Shown piece after piece: positions 1-7,408 of a stretch of DNA of 24,000 nt. Source of the stretch: Leptolyngbya sp. BC1307 (lineage in GTDB: Bacteria; Cyanobacteriota; Cyanobacteriia; Phormidesmidales; Phormidesmidaceae); contig NZ_NRTA01000017.1 of the NCBI RefSeq assembly GCF_002286735.1, positions 18,656-42,655 of the forward strand, read 5' to 3'. A program made the position numbers and the translations under genes. The notes under the pieces are model-generated. The model saw only the letters and a program-made list of their open reading frames with translations. It ran no database searches and was not told where the DNA came from. Each line of letters starts with the position of its first letter. The stretch's first letter is position 1.

Positions 1-174
1 GTCGCGAAAGTCTTGAAAGGCATAGATCTGGCTGAGCTTTTGGGGGCCGATGGCTTTAGCAATCACGGGGTCATCAAAGCGGCGGTCGGCGCTGAGCAGC
101 AGGCGATCGCCCCGCACAGCTGCCTTCATCTCTGCATCGAGAATTGCTAACAGCTGCGCGGTGGTGTAAGCCAT
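1..174 (-). CDS. hypothetical protein, N-terminal part only (gene runs off the window start)
   Basis: Hand translation of the minus strand from ATG at 174..172 gives 58 uninterrupted codons (MAYTTAQLLAILDAEMKAAVRGDRLLLSADRRFDDPVIAKAIG...) reaching position 1. Codons are host-like and C-ending. It is absent from the ORF track because it is truncated. No family recognised. Confidence 0.4.
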   Translation of the reverse strand, partial: MAYTTAQLLAILDAEMKAAVRGDRLLLSADRRFDDPVIAKAIGPQKLSQIYAFQDFRD

Positions 175-258
175 GGCTCGCGAGGGGTGGATTGTGCTGA
201 TCAAAATTTTACCAAGAACGCTCTCTAGCAGCGGTTGAAAATACTGTGGGTTAGCATT

Positions 259-297
259 GACTGCAAACTGGGACTGCAAACTGGGACTGCAAACTGG
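259..297. repeat. perfect 13-bp tandem repeat x3 (GACTGCAAACTGG) in an intergenic spacer
   Basis: Read directly: 259-271, 272-284 and 285-297 are identical. The repeat lies between the nucleoside hydrolase stop (310) and the start of the downstream minus-strand gene (174). Confidence 0.9.
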
Positions 298-309
298 GAG
301 TCTCAAGGC

Positions 310-1233
310 TCAAGAAAAAGTAGCAAGCGCCTCTAGCAGCAGGGCATAAACGCCATCTGCATCGACCGTTTCAGCAACATTGATCGCCGCCTGAGAACCG
401 CTGCCATACCAATCCACCACAGTACGGCCTACAGTCTGCTCGCCGGTGAGTTCTACGGTAACCGGCACTGAGCGCGTCGTGAATAACTGTGGCTTCAGCA
501 AATAGGCAATCACGCACGGATCGTGCAGGGGGCCGCCAGGCAATCCGTAGCGAGCCAAGTCGCTTTGACCATAAAAGGCGAGCATTCCAGCAGCGGCAGT
601 ACTGACAGGGTTGCCAATGGCGCGAATGGCCGCCAGGCGCTCGGGCGTCGTCAGCACTTGATGCGTCACATCTAGCGTTATCAGCGTCGTGGGTATGCCT
701 GCTGAGAGCACCACATGCGCCGCATGCGGATCGACATAGATATTAAATTCTGCTGAGGGCGTAATATTGCCCTGGCCCATCGCGCCGCCCATAATCACTA
801 GCTGCGCAATGTGAGCGGCAATTTGTGGGCATTTGATCAGGGCAACGGCCAGGTTAGTCAGCGGGCCAAGGGCAGCAACGGTAATTGGCGCTGGCGCACT
901 GAGCAACTGCTGAATGAGAAAATCAACGCTGTGCTGCGATCGCCCCTTTCCCCTCGGCTCAGGCAAATCTGCGCCCTGCAAACCGGTCGCACCATGCACC
1001 TCTTCAGCCGTCGCCAAAGGTCTGATTAAGGGACGCGGACAGCCTGCAAACACCGGCACCTCACGGCCCGCTAATTCACAAATTTTACGAGCGTTGCCAT
1101 AGGTGAGTGATAGCGGCACATTGCCCGCCACCGTCGTCACACCCATCACCGGCATTTGAGCGCCGAAGGCCAAAAGCAGGGCGATCGCATCATCCACCCC
1201 CGGATCACAATCGATAATCACAGCGCCAGTCAT
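310..1233 (-). CDS. inosine/uridine-preferring nucleoside hydrolase family protein
   Basis: ORF 310..1326. N-terminal IUNH signature VIIDCDPGVDDAIALLLA (DxDxxxDD), plus VIMGGA, NIYVDPHAA and LITLDVTHQ. Start moved to ATG 1233 (MTGAVIIDCD), which follows a purine-rich GGAGAG stretch; the 31 upstream codons look like a spurious extension. Confidence 0.85.
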   Translation of the reverse strand: MTGAVIIDCDPGVDDAIALLLAFGAQMPVMGVTTVAGNVPLSLTYGNARKICELAGREVPVFAGCPRPLIRPLATAEEVHGATGLQGADLPEPRGKGRSQHSVDFLIQQLLSAPAPITVAALGPLTNLAVALIKCPQIAAHIAQLVIMGGAMGQGNITPSAEFNIYVDPHAAHVVLSAGIPTTLITLDVTHQVLTTPERLAAIRAIGNPVSTAAAGMLAFYGQSDLARYGLPGGPLHDPCVIAYLLKPQLFTTRSVPVTVELTGEQTVGRTVVDWYGSGSQAAINVAETVDADGVYALLLEALATFS

Positions 1234-1393
1234 CCTGCTCTCCTGCCTCCTCTCTCCTGCTCTCCCACTTAACCTTTCAAAGCCAAAACTGTAAAATTCA
1301 GTACAGCTACTCATATCAGTAGCCACCGTAAGCTAGCCTAAGAGCCAGATTACGATAGATGCTCCCTATACATAAACTATTTTGGCGCTGGCG

Positions 1394-2530
1394 ATGACTC
1401 GGATTTCTTTAACTGACCGTTTTTGGCAATTGGCTGTAGGGCGATCGCTCCTTCCTGGCCTGCTGGTTAGTTTGTTGGCGATCGCAGGCTGCTCTGGCAG
1501 CAGACTGGGTGACACGCTCGGCAGAAGCCTGGAGCCCGACCCGCAGCTGGCCGAAAATGAACAGACAACAGATTCACCTGATGAGCCAGCAGACAGGGCT
1601 CAACCTGAGTCTCCTGCCACCGATGAAACTGCCGCTGCCGAACGTAACAGTGCCAGCGGCAACTCTGCTGCCGAGCGCAATCGTCAGGCCAGAGCCGAGG
1701 CTGAAGCCGCTGCGGGCAGTAACGCAGCCACCGCTGGCGACTACAAAGATCTGAGCAAAGCCCCCGAAGAAATTCAGCCCTATTTAAAAGATCTCATCAG
1801 CTTAGATCTGCTCAAGGTGAGTCCTACCGCGCCCGACCCGACCCCGACTGCACTAGGGACCCAGCCCGCTCCCCTACCTAGCCCAGATGAATTTCGTCCC
1901 AATCAGGCGATTAGCCGCCGCGAATATGCCCGCTGGCTAATGGCCACCAATAACCGCCTGTATGCCGATCAGCGCAGCCGCAAAGTCCGCCCCGGTATCG
2001 CCAGCAGCCAGCCTGTCTTTCAAGATGTGCCCGCTAGCGACCCCGATTTTGGCGCTATTCAAGGGCTGGCTGAGGCAGGCATCATTCCCAGCCCGCTCAC
2101 GGGCAGCAGCACTGCGCTCACCTTTCGCCCCAATGCACCGCTAACTCGCAAAGACCTGGTGCTGTGGAAAGTCCCCTTAGACACACGCCAGCCGCTGCCT
2201 CAAGCCACGCCAGCAGCCGTGCAAGAAGCTTGGGGCTTTCAAGATGCCGCCAAAATCGAGCCTCGGGCGCTGCAGGCAATCCTGGCCGACTATCAAAACG
2301 GTGACTTTGCCAATATTCGGCGGGCGTTTGGCTATACCACCTTATTTCAACCAGACAAAGCAGCGACTCGCGCTGAGGCCGCTGCCATACTCTGGCGCTT
2401 TGGCAACTCCACAGAGGGTATCACCGCTGAGGAAGTCCGCAATCCGGCGGCAAAGTCTCAAGCGGATGAGACTGACAGCAGCACCGGCAGCAGTCCGAAC
2501 AGCAGCGCTGGGGCCAGACAGAATGACTGA
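1394..2530 (+). CDS. SLH (S-layer homology) domain-containing lipoprotein
   Basis: ORF 1382..2530; ATG at 1394 preferred over TTG 1382. Signal peptide with lipobox LLAIAGC. Low-complexity Ala/Glu/Pro linker. SLH-like motifs FQDVPASDPDFGAIQGLAEAGII, TRKDLVLW and TRAEAAAILWRF. Confidence 0.75.
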   Translation: MTRISLTDRFWQLAVGRSLLPGLLVSLLAIAGCSGSRLGDTLGRSLEPDPQLAENEQTTDSPDEPADRAQPESPATDETAAAERNSASGNSAAERNRQARAEAEAAAGSNAATAGDYKDLSKAPEEIQPYLKDLISLDLLKVSPTAPDPTPTALGTQPAPLPSPDEFRPNQAISRREYARWLMATNNRLYADQRSRKVRPGIASSQPVFQDVPASDPDFGAIQGLAEAGIIPSPLTGSSTALTFRPNAPLTRKDLVLWKVPLDTRQPLPQATPAAVQEAWGFQDAAKIEPRALQAILADYQNGDFANIRRAFGYTTLFQPDKAATRAEAAAILWRFGNSTEGITAEEVRNPAAKSQADETDSSTGSSPNSSAGARQND

Positions 2531-2682
2531 GGCGACAGGGCCGGAGCAACCTAATGCTGAAGCTTGGGACGAAGACCGCTTTTTTGACGAGATCGCTGGG
2601 ATCGGGGTTATTCAGGTGACTTCAGATGTGGGGCAGGAGCGGGCGGTTTGTGGGTAGAGGGCAGGCGGCAGGAGACGGGAGG

Positions 2683-5502
2683 CTAGATTTTTTGCTGCAT
2701 GGCGGGGCAGCGCTGTAGGGCTTGTGCTAGTACCTCACGCTTGATCGGCTTGGTTAAGTAGTCATTCATACCAGCATCGAAGCAGCGCTGGCGGTCTTGG
2801 CGGGTGGTGCTGGCGGTCATGGCGATGATCCAGGTGTTTTGGTGCTGATCCATTTGCCGAATCTGGCGGGTGGCGGTGGTGCCGTCTGTATCTGGCATGC
2901 GCATGTCCATCAAGATAACGTCGTAGCGCTGGCGCTGGAGGGCTGCTAACACAGCTTTTCCAGAGCAGGCTACGTCGGCCTGGTAGCCCAACAGCTCTAG
3001 CAGCCGCAGGGCGACTCGCTGATTGATTCGATTGTCTTCGGCAATCAGAATAGTGAGACAGGCCCGGCGATCGCCTTCTGAGGCAACCAACCCTACTGCT
3101 GCAGGGGGCGGGATCGGTAGATCAGTGGGGCAGATGAAGCGCAGTGACTGATAGAGGGCAGCTTGCTTGATGGGCTTCCACAGCGTGGCCGTCACTTCAG
3201 CAGGCGGGCTGGCCGTACTTCTGAGAGCGCTGAGTAAAATGATTGGCAGCTGATTGCACCCAGCGGCAGCGTGCAGGGTTGCCAGCCTTTGGGTGAGCGA
3301 GTCTGCACTGGCGATAGGCCCATACAGACTCGGTTGATGGGCGGGCACGGCAACGGCCTCATCTAAGATGATGCCGTCAAAGGCAGTGTTTCGCATTAGC
3401 CGCAGCGCTGCTGAAAGTGAGTCTGCGGGGGTGATGCTGATGCCCAGCGGCTGAAGCTGCCAGTCTAGATAGTTACGTCGGGTTGGGTTGGGGTCAATTA
3501 GCAGCAGATGGGTGCCGCTCAGACCGGTTAGATAGCTGGGCATCGGTTGGCGGTTGGCAGCGAGTTCGGCCTGCACCGTAAAGTAAAAGGTGCTGCCTTC
3601 ACCGAGGCTACTTTTCACCCATAGATTGCCGCCCAGGTATTCGCTCAAACGTTTGCTAATAGAGAGCCCTAGCCCGGTGCCGCCATACTTACGCGCGGTC
3701 GAAACGCTGCCCTGGCAAAAGGGTTCAAACAGCTGCGCCATCCGCTCTGGGGCAATGCCAATGCCGGTATCGCTAATTGCAAAGCAGATTTCGTAGCGGC
3801 TGGGGGCTGGCGGCGGCGCTGTTGGCTGTTGAGAAGTCCGGCGATTTTTCCAGTGGTAGGCCCAGTGCTTGAGCGTAGAGCGCTGGTGCGAAAATAGAGG
3901 GGTTGGAGGTATCAGAGCGATCGCCTCTACCCGCACTGATACTTCTCCAGCCTCAGTGAATTTCACGGCGTTGCTGAGCAGATTGAGCAAGATTTGCTGT
4001 AGCCTGACCGGATCGCTCAGAATCACCGCTGGCGTTGTCGGGGCAATCGAGTGGACCAGCTCTAGCCCTTTGCGGGTGGCCCGAGGCGCGAGCATCTCCA
4101 GGCTGCGCTCCAGCGTTTCGTTCAGGCACACCGGATATTTTTCAATCAGCAGCCGCCCTGACTCAATTTTAGAAAAATCTAAAATATCATTGATCAAAAC
4201 CATTAGGGTCTGACTGCTGTTGTATAGGGTCTCGGCAAACTCGCGCTGTCGATGGTCTAGAGGGGTTTCCTGCAGCATTTCTGACAGGTTGATAATGGCA
4301 TTGAGCGGCGTGCGAATCTCGTGGCTAACAGTGCTGAGAAAGGCAGACCGCACCTGCAATAGCGCACTCGCCTGCAGTCGGCCTAGAATAATCGCACCGA
4401 TAGTCACCGCGCCAACCGCAATGAGGGGAGTCGCCACCGGCAGCAGGTAGCTACAGCGCAGCGCGACCACACAAAGCAGCAGCCAGCTCAGCGCGATCGC
4501 ACTACCAGCCATGAGCTGTAGCCCAACTTCGCGCCGGTAAAACAGCCCGCCCAAAAGCGACCCGCCGATCAGCAGCGCTAGCGCCACGGTATTTTTTGAG
4601 GGCGATCGCAGCCAGCGCTGTCCGAGCAAGTTATCGATCACGGCGGCTTGCAGGTACCCCCCCGGCACTGGTGCCCGACTGTCGAATGGGGTGCGCAGAT
4701 GAGTCCGGCCAGAGGTTGCCCCGTAGCCGACGACAATAATTTTGTCCTTGAGAGAGCTGGGCGAAAATTGGCCATTGAGCACATTAATCAGGCTAAGAGT
4801 CGTCAGTTCACTGATGGGGCCGGGCCAGTTGATCTGAATTTCGCTGAGAGCGGTGGGAATGCTGACCAGCTCTTTTTCTAAACTGTAGACCTGAACCGCT
4901 GCAATCCCTAAGGCCGGAATATCTTCTACAAGCAACTCAATTCTGCGGGTCAGCCCATCCGGATCGATTTGCACTCGCAAGTGGCCAGTAGCGATCGCCG
5001 CTGATTCTAAAATGGGCAGCGGCTCAATGGCGATGCCTGATAGCCCCCAGGTTTGACCAATCACCACCCGGCCATGATCGGTCATGGCCTGCGCTAACCG
5101 AGCATCGACTGCAGCACTCTCTGCTGTATCAGCCCCAGCAGACTGAATATCAGCAAGCAGCAAATTAAAAACAACGGCGCTCGTATCTGATTGAGTGAGC
5201 AACTGCAGCAGATTGGCATAATAGTCGCGCGAGATCGGAAACTGCCCTAGCTGGCTTAGCGTTTTGTCATCAACACTGATCATCACTACCCGGCTATCCC
5301 ACCCCACTGAGCCGCGCCACCGCATCAGCGCAGAGGTGGCGATTCGCTCCATCGGCACCCAAGCGTTGAGCTGTAGCAGCATGACTACCAGCAGGCTGAC
5401 CATTAGCCCTGGCACGATTCGGTGTAGCCATCTGAACCGGCTGACTAGCTGCCTACCTAACTGCCTACCTAACTGACTACCCAACTGACTGGCTATCGGC
5501 AT
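2683..5502 (-). CDS. CHASE2-domain hybrid sensor histidine kinase with two C-terminal receiver-like domains
   Basis: ORF 2683..5562. N-terminal TM helix then a CHASE2-like region (VVMISVDDKTLSQLGQFPISRDYYANLL), followed by a TM cluster. H-box FLSTVSHEIRTPLNAI, N-box LLSNAVKF, G-boxes DTGIGI and GGTGLGLSI. One receiver-like segment (LLLIDPN...IILDE...WKPIK) and one canonical receiver (ILIAEDN...DVILMDMRMPDTDG...TKPI). Start placed at ATG 5502, which forms an ATGA overlap with the upstream ORF stop; ATG 5562 is the alternative. Confidence 0.9.
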   Translation of the reverse strand: MPIASQLGSQLGRQLGRQLVSRFRWLHRIVPGLMVSLLVVMLLQLNAWVPMERIATSALMRWRGSVGWDSRVVMISVDDKTLSQLGQFPISRDYYANLLQLLTQSDTSAVVFNLLLADIQSAGADTAESAAVDARLAQAMTDHGRVVIGQTWGLSGIAIEPLPILESAAIATGHLRVQIDPDGLTRRIELLVEDIPALGIAAVQVYSLEKELVSIPTALSEIQINWPGPISELTTLSLINVLNGQFSPSSLKDKIIVVGYGATSGRTHLRTPFDSRAPVPGGYLQAAVIDNLLGQRWLRSPSKNTVALALLIGGSLLGGLFYRREVGLQLMAGSAIALSWLLLCVVALRCSYLLPVATPLIAVGAVTIGAIILGRLQASALLQVRSAFLSTVSHEIRTPLNAIINLSEMLQETPLDHRQREFAETLYNSSQTLMVLINDILDFSKIESGRLLIEKYPVCLNETLERSLEMLAPRATRKGLELVHSIAPTTPAVILSDPVRLQQILLNLLSNAVKFTEAGEVSVRVEAIALIPPTPLFSHQRSTLKHWAYHWKNRRTSQQPTAPPPAPSRYEICFAISDTGIGIAPERMAQLFEPFCQGSVSTARKYGGTGLGLSISKRLSEYLGGNLWVKSSLGEGSTFYFTVQAELAANRQPMPSYLTGLSGTHLLLIDPNPTRRNYLDWQLQPLGISITPADSLSAALRLMRNTAFDGIILDEAVAVPAHQPSLYGPIASADSLTQRLATLHAAAGCNQLPIILLSALRSTASPPAEVTATLWKPIKQAALYQSLRFICPTDLPIPPPAAVGLVASEGDRRACLTILIAEDNRINQRVALRLLELLGYQADVACSGKAVLAALQRQRYDVILMDMRMPDTDGTTATRQIRQMDQHQNTWIIAMTASTTRQDRQRCFDAGMNDYLTKPIKREVLAQALQRCPAMQQKI
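5453..5488. repeat. in-frame 12-bp tandem repeat (CTACCTAACTGC-like, about 3 units) inside the kinase 5' end
   Basis: Read directly: ctacctaactgc / ctacctaactga / ctacccaactga. On the minus strand it encodes QLGS-QLGR-QLGR-QL near the kinase N-terminus. Confidence 0.8.
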
Positions 5503-5828
5503 CAGGGCACCACCAGTTCGTAGGCTTGCTCGGTGCCGAGCGGGGTGATGACGACCGCCCAAATCCGGCGAGCTGAGCTAGATAGCGCCACCTCAATATC
5601 AAAGCGCCCCTGCCGGTCGAGAGACTGTGGCTGCTCAGCAATCGTGAGCTGACTATTTTCAGCCATCGTGACAAAACCCGTTTGCAGATCAACTTCCAAC
5701 CGAGCTGAGGCATTAGCACCTGTACTCAAAGTATCGCCGACTTCGGTGAGGCGATCGCCCCGCTGAGCCTGACGACGACTGCCGCCCTGAGGAATCAGCG
5801 CTACGGGGCCACTGAGTTCGGTGATCTT
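5502..5828 (-). CDS. FecR-domain-like ORF, start unresolved and possibly disrupted
   Basis: Track ORF 5502..5729 starts at TTG. My hand translation shows the frame stays open upstream to 5828: KITELSGPVALIPQGGSRRQAQRGDRLTEVGDTL-STGANASARLEVDLQTGFVTMAENSQLTI. This resembles the FecR pattern (GD.L.TG..S.A.L.L.DG..V.L..NS.L.I). No ATG/GTG/TTG occurs between 5828 and 5729. The stop TGA overlaps the kinase ATG (ATGA at 5499-5502 region). Confidence 0.5.
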   Translation of the reverse strand, partial: KITELSGPVALIPQGGSRRQAQRGDRLTEVGDTLSTGANASARLEVDLQTGFVTMAENSQLTIAEQPQSLDRQGRFDIEVALSSSARRIWAVVITPLGTEQAYELVVP

Positions 5829-5836
5829 CTACCGGA

Positions 5837-6262
5837 TCAGTCGTCCTTCGTCAGGCTAACGACGATCTGTTCAGCTGCTTGAGGAATAAACAGGTGAGCG
5901 CTGGTCAACCGATGGTGGGTCATTCTGGGTTTGAGCAAGTGAAGGGACTGCGTTGCCGCTGCGCCCTTGAACTCACTCGACAGCTGCGTCAGTGCGGAAA
6001 CCTTTAAAGCCACTTCTGTTGATTTGGATGGCTGCGCTAGTGAAGCAGCGCTATCTGTAGATATATGTGTAGAAGCTTGATCAACCGGACGCTGGCCCGA
6101 GCTGCCCACGCTATCGGCAGTCACCGGCGCGCTGAGGCTCAAAATTAGCCCTAGCGATAGCAGCCCCAGCCCCACCTGCCGGAGCGTCCCTCGGATGAAG
6201 CGCCGCAGGGCTAGTAGAGCGGGTGAAGAACCGTCTGCGGGGGTAGAAGAGTAATTAGTCAC
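5837..6262 (-). CDS. secreted hypothetical protein (signal peptide); possibly the detached N-terminal part of the FecR-like gene
   Basis: ORF 5837..6262 with GTG start. Signal peptide LGLLSLGLILSLSAPVTA|DS followed by a Ser/Thr/Ala-rich linker. It ends 8 nt before the FecR-like frame opens, in a different reading frame. Confidence 0.45.
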   Translation of the reverse strand: MTNYSSTPADGSSPALLALRRFIRGTLRQVGLGLLSLGLILSLSAPVTADSVGSSGQRPVDQASTHISTDSAASLAQPSKSTEVALKVSALTQLSSEFKGAAATQSLHLLKPRMTHHRLTSAHLFIPQAAEQIVVSLTKDD

Positions 6263-6347
6263 GGCGATCAGGTAGAGCGGTATAAATAGATAATGGCAGC
6301 TTGTATTGAGTTTTTCTTAGAGATAGGTAATATTAATTTACAATAGC

Positions 6348-6379
6348 AAAAACCCCTGTGACTGTAAAGCCTTCAGGGC
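6348..6379 (-). terminator. candidate rho-independent terminator after the ABC permease gene
   Basis: Minus strand immediately after stop TGA (6382..6380): gCCCTGaaggctttacagtcaCAGGGgttttt. This is a 5-bp GC-rich stem with a 15-nt loop and a T-run. The stem is short, so the call is tentative. Confidence 0.4.
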
Positions 6380-7405
6380 TCAATAACGAATTCTCGGATC
6401 GACGTAGGCATTCAAAATGTCGATAGCAATGCTCACCAGCGCCACAATCGCCGCGAAAAACACCATCAGCCCCTGCACCACCGGATAGTCGCGCTGACTG
6501 ATGGCCTCATACAGACGATTCGCGAGCCCCGGCCAGGAAAAGGTCACCTCGGTGAGGACTGCCCCGCCCAGCAAAGAGGCAAATGTCAGGCCCAATATCG
6601 TAATCACCGGAATCATGGCGTTTTTTAGCGCGTGAGCGGTGATAATTCTAAATTCTGAAATGCCTCTGGCCCGCGCTGCCTCTACATAGTCGGCCTTTAG
6701 CGTCTGCCGCAGATTGACCCGCACAATCCGCTCAAAGACACCGCTGATCAATATGCCCAGCGTCAGGCTAGGCAGTGCCAGGTAGTAAACCGTCGTGCCA
6801 AACTGAGCCAAATCGCCATGCAGCAGGCTATCTAGTAAATACAGTCCGGTGGGGCCAGCAGGTGCGATCTGACTCAGCGGAAACCGCGTGCCGATAGGAA
6901 ACCAGCCGAGCTGCACAGAAAAAACCAGCTGCAAGATCATGCCAAACCAATACATCGGCACCGCGTAGGTAACAATGCCAAACACCCGCCCCCCCGCATC
7001 AAAAACGGTATTGGGCCGGGAAGCGGCAATCGACCCGACGGTCAGGCCGACCGCAGCGGCAATAATCATGCCGCACAAAGTCAGCTCCACCGTCGCCGGA
7101 AAGTGATCGCCAATAATCTGCCAGACGGTTTGCCCTTGACTAGCCAGAGAGCTGCCCAGGTTGAAGCTGAGCAAATCACCCAGGTAGTCGAGATACTGCT
7201 TGGGCAAAGGCTGATCGAGGCCCAGTTTGGTTCGCATGAGCGCTTTTGCCGCCTCAGGCGCACGGGAGCCGAGCAGCGCATCGACCGGATCGCCCGGCGT
7301 GGCCCGCATCAGCAAGAACACTACGGTGGTAATCGTCCAGATCATCAGCGGCGCTAACAGCAGGCGCGAGATGACGTAGAGCCGGAGAGAATTAGAGCGA
7401 GACAT
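6380..7405 (-). CDS. ABC transporter permease, peptide/nickel (DppB/OppB-like) family
   Basis: 341 aa. N-terminus RLYVISRLLLAPLMIWTITTVVFLLMRATPGDPVDALLG is typical of DppB/OppB-type permeases. Multiple TM segments. EAA-like loop YVEAARARGISEFRIITAHALKNA. Starts 3 nt after the binding-protein gene stop. Confidence 0.9.
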   Translation of the reverse strand: MSRSNSLRLYVISRLLLAPLMIWTITTVVFLLMRATPGDPVDALLGSRAPEAAKALMRTKLGLDQPLPKQYLDYLGDLLSFNLGSSLASQGQTVWQIIGDHFPATVELTLCGMIIAAAVGLTVGSIAASRPNTVFDAGGRVFGIVTYAVPMYWFGMILQLVFSVQLGWFPIGTRFPLSQIAPAGPTGLYLLDSLLHGDLAQFGTTVYYLALPSLTLGILISGVFERIVRVNLRQTLKADYVEAARARGISEFRIITAHALKNAMIPVITILGLTFASLLGGAVLTEVTFSWPGLANRLYEAISQRDYPVVQGLMVFFAAIVALVSIAIDILNAYVDPRIRY

Positions 7406-7408
7406 GGC

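Noticed and set aside
259-297. Possibility that the short tandem repeats (259-297, 5453-5488, 14603-14642, 21076-21109) are CRISPR arrays
   Set aside because: The units are 8-17 bp and directly abutting or nearly so, without the unique 30-40-bp spacers of a CRISPR array. There are no cas genes in the window.
1234-1326. N-terminal extensions proposed by the ORF track (hydrolase 1234..1326; ABA4-like gene 9654..9830; kinase 5503..5562)
   Set aside because: The extensions precede the conserved family N-termini and contain no hydrophobic or conserved features. Internal ATGs coincide with family-typical starts, and at 5502 with an ATGA coupling overlap.
2244-2657. 137-aa plus-strand ORF overlapping the 3' end of the SLH gene, plus other internal ORFs (1509..1754, 1962..2144)
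   Set aside because: They are alternative frames of a GC-rich gene. Their composition is Arg/Pro/Ala-rich with no motifs, and the SLH frame explains the region.
3590-5476. Plus-strand ORFs inside the histidine kinase (3590..3796, 3869..4213, 4220..4450, 4648..4881, 5264..5476)
   Set aside because: They are antisense to a continuous 940-aa kinase frame carrying all catalytic boxes; typical GC-rich shadow ORFs.
5477-5719. 80-aa minus-strand ORF overlapping both the FecR-like ORF and the kinase start
   Set aside because: It is out of frame with two better-supported genes, and its sequence shows no recognisable features.
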